The notes beneath the pieces are model-generated. The model ran no database searches, was not told the origin of the DNA, and saw nothing but the letters and a program-made list of their open reading frames with translations. The translations under genes were made by a program, and so were the position numbers. From positions 1,344,001 through 1,408,000 of the forward strand of contig OZ244042.1 in NCBI GenBank assembly GCA_965215015.1: a stretch of 64,000 nt of DNA, given 5' to 3'. Of this stretch, positions 19,549 to 30,700 are shown in pieces (within the stretch, counting starts at the first letter, position 1; every line of letters begins with the position of its first letter). This DNA is from Candidatus Poribacteria bacterium. GTDB lineage: Bacteria; Poribacteria; WGA-4E; PCPOR2b.

Positions 19549-19792
19549 TAGGCGGCGTCCTCTTTGACATTCAGTTCAATACCATCATCTGTGGGATGGG
19601 GTGTCCCATCTTCAAGCCTATTAAAATCCATTCTTCTAGGGCTTCTCGTAATTCCTTTCTACAAGCCTCCAGCGTATCTGCATTTGCCCAAACTCCCTGA
19701 AGGTCAGTAATACTGCCAAAGTAGCCTTCCCCATCCGGTAATATTTCATCGTGCGCCTTACGCATAGCTGCTTGGATGTAATTCGTCAGCAT
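19549..19792 (-). pseudogene. HicB-like antitoxin with a C-terminal frameshift, followed by a possible HicA remnant
   Basis: GVWANADTLEACRKELREALEEW. The expected tail DGIELNVKEDAA* lies in another frame. Confidence 0.65.
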
Positions 19793-19823
19793 AACTCACC
19801 CTTCCTTTTTATACTCGTTGGTG

Positions 19824-20750
19824 TTATTTATTGTTTTCTTTGGTGGTCTTCTTCGCTTGACTTGCAAGCCGCCCTGCTTGTTTTGCCAATCGGTTGGCTG
19901 CCTCGATCCGTTTCATCAATGCGTGGTTCGTCCACGCAACGCCAGCCAAATACCGAATCTCCTTACCGTCGGTCGCCGGTGCATTCAACGCCTCCACAGC
20001 CGCATAAACCTGCAAGCCACTATCTGCGGTATGGCGGAGTCCCGTATTAACCCCCCTGCCATCAGTTTCAACGCTGAAAGCCAGACTGCCCCTTGCAAAG
20101 GAGGGGTGGAAATCCTTACTGATACCGAAGAATACGCCGCGCAGTACCGTGCTCATACCGATATCTTCCACAAAACGGTGATTCCCGATACCTATGTGTC
20201 CGGTGATATGATGGATACGTGGTAGAGTGAACTGCTTGCTAACCACAAGAAACGCCGATTTGCGTTCATATCGCTTGTTATCGTTCAGTCCGCTCCCAAT
20301 ATTGTCGCCAATATTTTCTAGCCCAACCGCGATGTTGGGAACAGCTCCAGCTTCGCGGAGAAGGAGTGCTTTGAGATTTCCCAATAAAAAACTCTGTTGA
20401 TTGTGCCGCACACTTGTCAGACCGATCTCGATGCGATCAAAAAGCCCAAAATCAAGTTGGAGGGCAGCTTCATCGCGTGGCAACTCGCCTGCGTTGCGGA
20501 AGCTGAAATAGGTTCCAAGGTTAAATATCCCATGTTCAATGACCTTTCCCGTCGGTATGTCTACCAAGCTGCTATCCCGGCAATAGGGGGCAGCCCAAAG
20601 GCAGGGGGAACAAAGCATGGTGATGCAAAACAGGGAAATGAATAGCCGTTTCAACGCAATCGGAGAAGCATTATAAATGGAATTCATCGGTTTATCCGAG
20701 GGTTTGAAACCTTTTCGGGGAGGGGACCCACAAGGACTCGGGTGGTACAA
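19824..20750 (-). CDS. YjbH-domain-like outer membrane protein (start uncertain)
   Basis: LVDIPTG after a signal-like segment; amphipathic beta strands; FGLFDRIEIG. Confidence 0.55.
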   Translation of the reverse strand: MYHPSPCGSPPRKGFKPSDKPMNSIYNASPIALKRLFISLFCITMLCSPCLWAAPYCRDSSLVDIPTGKVIEHGIFNLGTYFSFRNAGELPRDEAALQLDFGLFDRIEIGLTSVRHNQQSFLLGNLKALLLREAGAVPNIAVGLENIGDNIGSGLNDNKRYERKSAFLVVSKQFTLPRIHHITGHIGIGNHRFVEDIGMSTVLRGVFFGISKDFHPSFARGSLAFSVETDGRGVNTGLRHTADSGLQVYAAVEALNAPATDGKEIRYLAGVAWTNHALMKRIEAANRLAKQAGRLASQAKKTTKENNK

Positions 20751-20890
20751 TTTCTGAATGAAGATCTCTCATTCTGATGGAGGGCAGCTGATACGAAGTT
20801 GTGATTTCGCATTGGTGCGTTAGCAATCAAGGATCGTAAGAAGGGACCGCACACGAAGGTGACAGCCCCTTCCATGGTGAATTTTGTGGT

Positions 20891-21316
20891 TTATTCGAGA
20901 CCAAGCTGATGCATAAATGCAAGCATCTTTGCTTCAGCCTGCTGGGCGACCTGTCCCAGTTTTTCGGGATCGACCGTTGTCTGTTGGATCCGTTCATCGG
21001 TGTTTGTCGCAAGACAGAAACCGAGGTTGTACTTGAGATCGTGCATCGCTTGCTCGACATGGGCACTGACGGGTCCGGCGGGGTACATCCACTGTCGGGC
21101 TCTGTTCTGTTTCAGATTGATGTGGCAGTGTCCCTTTCCGCCTTGTTTTTTTGCCTCGCCAAAGCAGTCAAGACGCAAGATTTCTTGGTCATAGGCGAAG
21201 ACAGATGCTGCAGGACCATACCCTGCGCGGTCATCCCGCCAGTAGACTTCCAGTCGAACATTGTCTTCTAGCGGATATTCGACCAGATCTCTTCTTCCTT
21301 GTTGTTCTGGCGCCAT
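20891..21316 (-). CDS. Hypothetical protein
   Basis: 141-aa ORF with SD aaggaag; LRLDCF...HCH motif. Confidence 0.6.
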   Translation of the reverse strand: MAPEQQGRRDLVEYPLEDNVRLEVYWRDDRAGYGPAASVFAYDQEILRLDCFGEAKKQGGKGHCHINLKQNRARQWMYPAGPVSAHVEQAMHDLKYNLGFCLATNTDERIQQTTVDPEKLGQVAQQAEAKMLAFMHQLGLE

Positions 21317-21530
21317 CGTTCTTCCTTTCGATTGTGGATGGTTTGATTTGTAAATGCCTTTGCAATTCTAAAACCGCACGAATCAGCGAGCTACGGACCT
21401 CATCGCCTTTTAGCCGAATCGGTGCTCCTGTCTCAGATTCGCGTTATCTGCATTCTACTACAAAGAATTTGTTTGGTCAAGTCCTATTTTTTGGTTTCTA
21501 TCGGATTTGATTAAACTCCCTCTTCACTTT

Positions 21531-21992
21531 TAGGGTCATTTAGTTTTCGTATTTTCGGTTGATTAAGTTACAGGCGTGTAGTGGAGGTGCGGCGACATAC
21601 CGCATGGCTTGGGATATACTGTGATAGCCAGCAAAGCGGAATACCCCCAGTGCCGTATTCCGTAAAGCACTCATCACCTGTGAAATTACACCGCATTTGG
21701 GATGTATCTTCCCCCAAAACCCTATCCCGCACCCAGTGTGACTGATTCTCAATGGTCCAATGTCCCCGTTGCAAGGAAAGCAAGGCCGCTGCCGATGCCT
21801 CGGTCGGTATTAGACTCGTCATGCCGTATTGGGTGTTTTGCTTCACTTGACCGGTCGCCCCTCGATACGCTCCTAACTATACTCAAACACTTGTTCAACC
21901 CCCGGGCACTGAATATAATGGTTCAATGTTGTGTTGGCAGTCAAGCATCGTGTTTCAATTCTGAAGACAAAAAAATGCTAAAATAACCCCTA
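21531..21992 (-). mobile_element. ISAs1-family remnant (C-terminal transposase fragment, internally deleted)
   Basis: RGHWTIENQSHWVRDRVLGED with frameshifts. End tagggtcatttagtttt is shared with 37409. Confidence 0.8.
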
Positions 21993-22787
21993 GGGCAATC
22001 GCATGTAAATATTGTGTAGGACGGACGCACTTAGATTGCGAAAATCATCTCCGATCGTATGCAGAGGTTTGCCCCCCTGTGATCGCCCGCAGGTAGGAGG
22101 TAGAGGGGGTAAACCCAAGATACAGATCGTCAGAATACTGAAACTTAAAATCGTCTCAAGTAAATCCAGATGGATTCAGTTTGTCAAATGTCAACAGAAC
22201 CTAGTTGCCTGATAATACTACATACATGTCGAAAATACCTAGAACGTTGTATAAAGTGCTAGGCTCAATGAGCCAAGAATTGACGGACGACCCACTCACC
22301 GGGTATTTGGGGCTTTGGGGTGTGGTGATTTGATCTTGCTATACATATTGTGTGCCTCTCTGATAAGATCGGGATGCAAACAACTGGAGCGTAAGGATTA
22401 CCCCTATCACCGTTCTATAGACATATTGCTCCTCTGGAGCGAAAGATATTATAAAGTCGCGATTCGGAAATCGCTTGACAGGTTAGAAAACCAGGCTCCA
22501 CTAGAAACCGTGTGCGTTTTTTGTAGGAGAGAATTCCAATTCTCGACTCTTGCATTGGTTTCTGACGCTTGGTTTATCAACTAGCAACTTAGGTTATATT
22601 AGAGAAATCCGCGTTGGCTATAAAATATGTACTTTTTACGCTATTTAAATTTAACGAAACGGAACGAAGAAGCTCCTCGTTTGTTAGGTAGAATATACTA
22701 CAAGATATTGGGTTGTCGAACCCAATAGCATACAAGAAAATTGCAAAAAAAAACGCTGAAACCCGCATTGCCACTGTCTTTTTTCGC

Positions 22788-22816
22788 TTGACATGCTAAT
22801 GTATGTGTAGTATAAT
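22788..22816 (+). promoter_or_regulatory. Consensus sigma70 promoter of HU gene
   Basis: TTGACA-N17-TATAAT. Confidence 0.8.
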
Positions 22817-22871
22817 TGGCTCAGTTTTTTAGTACAATTTTTAAGTTTTATCATTAATTTAGGAGGATAAT

Positions 22872-23153
22872 ATGGCTGACGTTACTAAACAGGATGTTGT
22901 CGACGCCGTTGCTAAAGCGACCGGTTTAGGTAAAGCAGGTGCAAATAAAGCCGTTGACGCTGTTATTGACTGTATCAAAGGTTCTTTAGCCGAGGGCAAG
23001 TCTGTTAGGCTAATCGGATTTGGCACCTTTGAAGTCAGGACGAGAGCCCCCCGTGAAGGTCGAAATCCCCAATCGGGAGACACAATCCAAATCCCAGAAA
23101 AGAAGGTTCCTGCCTTTAAAGCTGGAAAAGGGCTCAGAGACTCCGTTGCTTAA
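22872..23153 (+). CDS. hup: HU DNA-binding protein
   Basis: IGFGTFEV, REGRNPQSG, VPAFKAGKGLRD. Confidence 0.95.
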   Translation: MADVTKQDVVDAVAKATGLGKAGANKAVDAVIDCIKGSLAEGKSVRLIGFGTFEVRTRAPREGRNPQSGDTIQIPEKKVPAFKAGKGLRDSVA

Positions 23154-23440
23154 TCGCAATTACCTGTCCGTTTGAAGGAATTGCAAAAAAGGCAGCTATT
23201 GCCCTTCGTGGAGGTGCGCTGGTAGTAAACAGCCCCGAAAAAACCAAAAGGGAAAGAAGCGAGAAACCCGTAAAATCCCCTATAAGCCTTTTAGGGTTGG
23301 GTAGTTGGCAAAATAGGCCACGCTTATGGTAAAATGTAGGGGCAACCCTGGCGGTTGCCCTTTTCTATTGCTTATAGGTAAACTATAAGGGTAATTCCCC
23401 GACGCAGTCAGGATTCAAAGTAACTTGTGGTTGCCCTGTA

Positions 23441-24478
23441 ATGGAGAACAAACAGTTGAACAACACCAATTCCGTTGAAGTGCTAGACGCAGATATAGAA
23501 GCCGCAGAATTTCTGAAAAATGCGCGAGAATCAATTTTGAATGAATTGAAGAAACGAATCGTTGGCCAACAAGCAGTAATCAATGAATTGTTGATTGCGC
23601 TTTTTTCGCAAGGGCACTGTTTACTTGTGGGGGTGCCCGGACTAGCCAAGACGCTACTCATTAATAGTCTAGCTCAAATTTTAGACCTTCATTTTAGTCG
23701 CATCCAATTCACACCAGACCTAATGCCTTCCGACATCATAGGCACTGATATCATTCAGGACGATGTGGAAACCGGCAGACGATTTTTTCGCTTCATCAAG
23801 GGGCCCGTTTTTGCCAATATCGTGCTAGCGGACGAGATAAATCGTACGCCACCCAAAACCCAAGCGGCGTTGTTACAAGCGATGCAGGAGTACAAAGTTT
23901 CTGCGGGCGGCACAACTTATGAGCTAGATCGCCCTTTTTTTGTTTTAGCGACACAGAATCCGATTGAGCAGGAGGGCACATATCCTCTACCTGAGGCACA
24001 ACTGGACCGGTTTATGTTCAACATCTACCTTGATTATCCCGATCCCACCGATGAAAAACAGGTCGTCATGACAACGACTTCCGCGTACGAACCCCAGCTA
24101 AACGCCGTTATCACAAGCGAAGAAATTCTGCGTCTACAGCAGGTTGTGCGGAAGGTGCCGATTGCAGAATCAATCGTTGATTACGCAGTTGCATTAAGTC
24201 ACCGCTCACGTCCAAACGCCCCGAACGCACCAGATTTCATCAAGGATTGGGTCAATTGGGGGGCAGGTCCCAGGGCTTCACAATATCTGGTGTTAGGAGC
24301 GAAAGCGAGAGCGATTACGTATGGTCGTTATCACGTTTCTTACGATGATATACGCGCTGTTGCAAAACCGGTGCTGCGACATCGTATTCTCACGAACTTC
24401 AACGCTGAAGCCGATGGAATATCGAGCCTTGATATCATCGATCGATTGTTGGAAATAGTCGAACCTTCGGAAGCTTAG
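23441..24478 (+). CDS. MoxR family AAA+ ATPase
   Basis: GVPGLAKT, RIQFTPDLMPSD, DEINRTPPKTQ, ATQNPIEQEGTYPLPEAQLDRF. Confidence 0.95.
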   Translation: MENKQLNNTNSVEVLDADIEAAEFLKNARESILNELKKRIVGQQAVINELLIALFSQGHCLLVGVPGLAKTLLINSLAQILDLHFSRIQFTPDLMPSDIIGTDIIQDDVETGRRFFRFIKGPVFANIVLADEINRTPPKTQAALLQAMQEYKVSAGGTTYELDRPFFVLATQNPIEQEGTYPLPEAQLDRFMFNIYLDYPDPTDEKQVVMTTTSAYEPQLNAVITSEEILRLQQVVRKVPIAESIVDYAVALSHRSRPNAPNAPDFIKDWVNWGAGPRASQYLVLGAKARAITYGRYHVSYDDIRAVAKPVLRHRILTNFNAEADGISSLDIIDRLLEIVEPSEA

Positions 24479-24652
24479 GCAGAAGTATACAAATGAACAG
24501 ATAGCTAGACGAATGAATGCAATTGGGCAGAGATAAAAATCCCGATTCATTGAGCACCTACGATACCTGTTTTTCCATGATTACGTCTACACTTCGCAAG
24601 GCTTCATGCTGTGGGGTGAAAATTCTAAACCCGAATATTGGAGGAAACTTAC

Positions 24653-25438
24653 ATGCGACCTAACAAATTACGCGAGTTGTTGAACGCAGGGAAACCGACG
24701 CTTGGCACTCATATCCATAGCACTTGGCCATCCGTTGTCGAAGCGATTGGACACACAGGGTTGTACGACTATGTTGAATTTGTGGCAGAATATGGTCCCT
24801 TTGATCTGCATGATCTCGATAACCTAGGCCGGGCGGCTGATTTATACGGCATGTCCAGCATGATCAAGGTTGACCAAGAACCGCGCGGCTTTATTGCACA
24901 ACGCGCAATCGGTTCCGGATTCCAGAGCGTGCTGTTCGCCGACTGCCATACAGTAGAAGATGTCAAGGAATGTGTGCGTATTTCACGCCCGGATACCCCC
25001 GAAGATGGTGGTTCTTACGGTGTTGCAACTCGCCGTTTTGCATACATGGGGTACGGAGGCTCCCAAAAATATGTTGAGGCAATTCGGGATGTCGTCGTCG
25101 TGATTATGATTGAGAAAGCGGGCACTGTTGATAATCTAGAGGAGGTCCTTTCTGTCGAAGGGGTTGACATGATCCAGTGGGGTGGATCCGACTACTCGAT
25201 GAATATCGGCAAAGCTGGTGAACGAGGTTCGCCGGAAATTCAAGCCGCCGAGCGCAAAGTATTTGAAACTGCCATAAAGATGGGTGTACCACCGCGTGCT
25301 GAGGTCAATACTGTGGATGCAGCGAAAGCCTATCTTGATATGGGGGTGCGCCATTTCTGCATCGGCACCGATATTTCAATCCTTTTTGATTGGTGGAAGA
25401 CACACGGGGACGATTTTCGGAAAGCACTCGAACCGTAA
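24653..25438 (+). CDS. HpcH/HpaI aldolase family protein
   Basis: MRPNKLRELL, VVIMIEK, VEGVDMIQWGGSDYS. Confidence 0.85.
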   Translation: MRPNKLRELLNAGKPTLGTHIHSTWPSVVEAIGHTGLYDYVEFVAEYGPFDLHDLDNLGRAADLYGMSSMIKVDQEPRGFIAQRAIGSGFQSVLFADCHTVEDVKECVRISRPDTPEDGGSYGVATRRFAYMGYGGSQKYVEAIRDVVVVIMIEKAGTVDNLEEVLSVEGVDMIQWGGSDYSMNIGKAGERGSPEIQAAERKVFETAIKMGVPPRAEVNTVDAAKAYLDMGVRHFCIGTDISILFDWWKTHGDDFRKALEP

Positions 25439-25648
25439 GACCTGAGGCCTGAATCGTGATGCGTAAGTGAGGGAGCGTGGAAGTAGGTGAGCGAGGGAAC
25501 GAGCAGGCGAGAAAGTAAAAAAATACTCACTTCCACGCTCGATCACATACTCATTTCTCATATACTCACCCCCTCGTTTCCTATCTTCCCGTCACGTTTC
25601 ATGATTCATTCATTTAGAAGGAGGCGTGGCTAGAGCCACGAAGACGGC

Positions 25649-26236
25649 GTGACACGCAAAGCTGAAGTTGTCCGCGAAACGCGGGAGACGCAAATTACGC
25701 TCAAACTCAATATCGATGGTTCTGGAAAATCCAATATCAGTACCGGCGTTGGATTTCTCGACCACTTGCTTGAACTCTTTGCCAAACACGGTTTTTTTGA
25801 TCTCGAAGTGAATGCGACTGGCGACTTGCATGTCGATGCACACCATACCGTTGAAGATGTGGGCATCTGCTTAGGAGATGCTTTCAGGGACGCAGTCGGC
25901 GACAAAGCAGGAATGCATCGGTTTGGCAGTTTCACCGTTCCGATGTATGAGGCACTTGCACAGGTCGATTTGGATCTTTGCGGCCGCTCCTACCTTCACT
26001 ACCAAACCCCCCTCGATTATGGAAAGGTCGGCACCTTTGATGTGGAACTTGCTGAGGAGTTTTTCCACGGATTTGTCAACCATAGTGGGACGACGTTGCA
26101 CATCAATGTCCCCTACGGCACCAACCGCCACCATATCATTGAAGCAATCTTCAAGGCGGTTGCAAAAGCACTTGATAGCTCCACAAGTATTGATGATCGC
26201 ATCAGCGGCGTGCTCTCAACCAAAGGGACCTTATAG
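25649..26236 (+). CDS. hisB: Imidazoleglycerol-phosphate dehydratase
   Basis: RETRETQI, HHTVEDVGI, HHIIEAIFKA, STKGTL. Confidence 0.97.
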   Translation: MTRKAEVVRETRETQITLKLNIDGSGKSNISTGVGFLDHLLELFAKHGFFDLEVNATGDLHVDAHHTVEDVGICLGDAFRDAVGDKAGMHRFGSFTVPMYEALAQVDLDLCGRSYLHYQTPLDYGKVGTFDVELAEEFFHGFVNHSGTTLHINVPYGTNRHHIIEAIFKAVAKALDSSTSIDDRISGVLSTKGTL

Positions 26237-27798
26237 CTGCTATCAGACTGAGATTATTTTTAGGATCGACTGGAATTGTGCCAATCAACTGTACAGGAGA
26301 ATTAACATATTCCTGAAGCTACATGTCCATCCCTAAATATACCGCATTGACCGCCCAAATCCACCAGATGCAGTCCGAGATAGACCAAATACCCGGCATG
26401 TTGCGCTAAAGTCTCTGGTGATCTGGTGAATTGAGGAACACCCTGACTATAGCGCAATGCGTCTGGCAGGTTGAGCCAATAGTATCGCGCGACAGTGTCT
26501 GGTGTTCTCCTGTGGCGCAACGTTGCTGGTATCTGAAACATTGCGTTACCGAGACACACAGATGGAGCAACTCAACCAGATGCAATAGTCTAGAGCCCTT
26601 CGCGCATCAGCCAGTCTTCTCTCGAAGCCATCTCGTTTTTTTACTGCCGCTTCTAATTCATCTATCAATTCTTCAAGGTGATCCTCATCTTTCTTAGAAT
26701 CCGTCGTGTTAGTCTGTGACGATCCCATATGTATCTGCTGGGCTCTCATTTTCAGCCACGCCGCCTGTACCTCAGCGTTAGCCATAATGTCCGCGTCTTC
26801 CGCATCATCCACAACCTGCCGTTCGCTTCCACACGGTAGATGCCCATACACGTCAAAAACCAAAAATAATAGCCCTAACTGTATCCGTTTTATAAGTAGC
26901 TCCTTTCCGATTGATAGATTTCCGATTAGTGTCTGTGCGTGGAAACTAGAGCAACAGGGCGTTGTTGCCTCAATTCCCTAAACTCTATTATCAAAGATTC
27001 CATTTTTGGACCGAGCACCTCTAGTTTGGCCAACCTTTCTTCCTGCGTTAGATGAGATTGAAACTCAATGCCGGTGAGTGATTCTGGCACCGCATCAGCA
27101 TGAAAAGTACAAAAAAGCATAGAAAGAGAATGAGGACCAATTTTGATGGCAATCACCAAACACCTAGCGCAGCTAGGCTCCTCGTAGGAGAAGGGACCGT
27201 AAAAGCTACCACCATCAAAGCCCCCGCTGGCGAAACCTCCACCATCTGACTCCTCAAAACGTGTTTTCATATTACAATTTGGTTGTAACCGTGATTTTAT
27301 CTCCTCGTTACCATCCTTTGACCCAAACAAAAAAGAGCATAATTTAACTTGAAGCAATTCAAGCCTCGATCCTATTATACCTTATTTTATTATGTCTACA
27401 AAAAAATATTAAAAAAAACAAAAATTTCTGGTGATACCTACACAAGCCTATGGCCAAAAAAAATAAGATAATATTGCGTCCTAGGCTTAAAATGCGTCCT
27501 AGCTTAAAATCTCTGATTTCTACCACTTCCCATCTTTGTACCTAGTAATCGCCCCTCGTTTGGCTAACTGCGCTTTTGCGTAATATGCTGGTATTTGCGA
27601 ATACTTCCACTGTTCCGCCAAAGAACTTTCCTGTAAACTAGCCCTTTCCCTTCTACGTTTATCTCCAAATCTGGGTAAGCCGTTATGAAAGATACCTGCT
27701 GTGCATTTAAATTTCCTTATGGAGTCGGCAGATATCTTTCGGAAATTCGCTAGACTAGTGAACGGTTTATCTGATTCCAGATCTGACGGAGATACGCA

Positions 27799-30700
27799 TT
27801 GAATTTCATCGTCAAACAAATTTTCCGCCCCCCTTCCCTCTTTATCCTCGCACTCATCCTTTCTACGTTACATCCCTCCGCTGCCCACACAGAACCTGTT
27901 CTCAAAAACGCCCCATTGACGGAATACTACATGAAACGCCGAGCACTAGTGCTCAATAGGGAAGAAACCGAGTCAGCAGCCGAATTTGCTAAACTATCGA
28001 AGACGCAGGATTTTTGGATGCCTCCAGCAGATTCGGACACGGATCCGTGGAAAGCCCAGCTACCTCCGACCGACGAGGAAACAGAAGAACAGGACATCCG
28101 CTTAAAGATGTTGACACCGTACTACGAGTCGTTGCGCCGGTGGAGGAATCCGCCCTTCCTCCTTGATCTCAGCGAACTTGGCGACTGGCGCGAAGGACAG
28201 CAGAAAGAGACGGAGAAAGGCATTGCGCTCCCCCTCCAGTCTAACCTCCAGATTACGGGGCATAAATCGGTGACAGTCGAGCTGCACAAAACGCACTATT
28301 TTGGCGAAGGCGATATCAACCGTTATGGAGGCAGCTATGGAGGGGGTGGTTTTGGCTCTGGGCTCGATTTAGGACTGACCTCTTCCTACACCTACGATAG
28401 CTTTGGTAGCGGTTTCGGGGGGGGGTACGGTGGCGGATATGGTAGCGGTCTCGGGGGCGGATATGGTACGGGGTATGGGAGTGGATACGGCAGCGGTTTT
28501 GGAAGCGGTCGTTCCGGTGTGCCCCGTGATACTGGGATAAACATTCGGCAAACCCTCGAAGTAGGCTTGCACGGACGGGTTGGAGAGCACACCCACGTTG
28601 AGGTTAACTATAGCGACTCGGGCGGTGGCTATGGCGGTGGGTACGGGGGCTATAGCAGTGGTTATGGCGGCGGGTACGGCGGGGCGAAAGAGCAGAAAAT
28701 CCGCGTTTGGTATGAAGGAACGGAAACAAGTATCCTCAAAACCCTCTCTTTTGGGGACCTGACGCTCAATCTGCCCAATACCCGCTTCCTGAACATCAAC
28801 CGTAATCTGTTTGGGTTAGAGGCAGTTGCACAACTTGGTGGGGCAAAGTTGACAGCGTTTGGCTCCCGCAGCAAAGGTATCTCTGATATACGGCGTTTCG
28901 GTGGGCAATCGCGACGAGCGGCCGGTGGTCGAGGGTTCACGATTCCCGATGCGAATTATGTTAAAGAGCGTTTTTATCTTATTCAGCTCGGTGAAGATGA
29001 ACTCCTTCACGATTCCTACCGTCCAATTAAGCACGGCAGCGAGGAGATTTATATCGACGATAACGTCGCAAGCAACAATCAGGGCGGAGTACGGACGGGG
29101 CGTGGATACTTCAATCTCCAGCAAGCGGGGCAGGATTATAATATCAATTACGAAACCGGTGAGATTGAGTTCTTAACGCCCATTTCTGCTAGCTATGAAA
29201 TTGTCGTCGCTTATGAATATCTCGGCGAGGGCGGTGGTGTGATTGGGGATCCGGGGAATGTCTTTGAGGACGAGAACGACGACGGTACCATCGACGAAGA
29301 AGGAGAGGAAGTCGGCTATGTCACCATCAAAGGAAAAAGTCTGCGAGGGACGGAATCGCGGCGCGTATATAGTCTCGGCAACCGGAATATTAGCCCACGT
29401 GATTATCGGATCACCATTGTTCGTCAGGGAAGCGGCGAATCATTTGATACGGGCACCGAAGAAATACCGTATATCCGAATCTTCAGACTGGACCAAAATG
29501 GAGATGGTATCGTCGATCCGGAGTTTATCGATTTCGACCGCGGTCTTCTGACGTTTTCTGATTTGCGCCCTTTTGTTATCGAGGATCCCGAAAATCCTTA
29601 CTTCCAATTTCGTGAACAGTTGAGCAACGAAGCTATCTATCTCGAAAACCCAAGGACGACTGATGCGGCCTATACCATCATCGCAGATTACTCCTTCCAA
29701 TCGGAGACATATAACGTTGGATTGTTTGTGATTCCGGGGAGTGAGAAGGTGAGACTTAACAGGCAATTGCTGAAACGCGATGTTGATTATACGATCATCT
29801 ATGAGGTAGGAACCCTTCGCTTTTTCACTGAGCTTGATGAGTTCGACGAAATCGTGGTTGAATTTGAGAGAACCCCATTCGGTGGAGCATTGCAACAAAC
29901 GGTTGCCGGGCTCTGGCTCGAATATTCCTACGTTCCCAAACTAAAAACGAAGAAGAAAGAGAGGAAGTTGGATCGGTTTGAAAGGCTTACCGGCACGACC
30001 AATCGCCCGGAAAGGGACGATTGGTCTGAAACTGAAGACAGTCGCTTCGGACGAAGTTCCTCGGGTGGTTTTAGCGGTAGATTCGGGGGCAGTCGCTATG
30101 GAGGCGGTAGATCTGACGGTTTCGGCGGTGGTTTTGGCGGATACTCAAGTTTAGGTGGTCGATCCAGGCGGGGGCTGCGTACCGGGGGCAGCAGTTATTT
30201 CAATCCTACATTTCAAAAAGGATTTAGCGTTGCAACAGGCTACATCCTGAACACCGGACAAAAACCGTCTCGCATCCCTGACGTCAATGGTGCACCGAGT
30301 CGATTGCAGGCAGTTAACATCAACACTACCTTTGGAAGGGACTTCAATTTGGCACGGCTGTTGAATCCATTGCCGTTTGTTGCAATGCGTAACTTTCCGT
30401 TGTCGATAAGTTTCAGCGGGGAAACAGCGTTCTCCCATAACAACCCGAACAGCGTTGGATTTGCTTTGATTGATAGCATGGAAGCGGCGCGGGAGGCGTC
30501 AAATACTCCCACGTTCAAACACCATTGGCGCGTAAGCAGCGTACCCATCGCAGAAGGGGTGACCCTAGATAATCGCGCACTTTTTCGCGTGCTAGCCCGA
30601 GATCGCAACGAGTCCCAAGCTGTCGGCAATTATATGCGTAATCGTGAGGTGCCTGCATCGGTAATCAATCCGCTAGCAAATTCGACAGAAGAACGGCTCG

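Noticed and set aside
26302-27357. Short minus-strand ORFs downstream of hisB
   Set aside because: No recognisable motifs or good starts. Possibly a decayed gene, but unsupported.
28320-28690. GGY/GGF tandem-like DNA
   Set aside because: Low-complexity coding sequence inside the SprA-like gene, not an independent repeat array.
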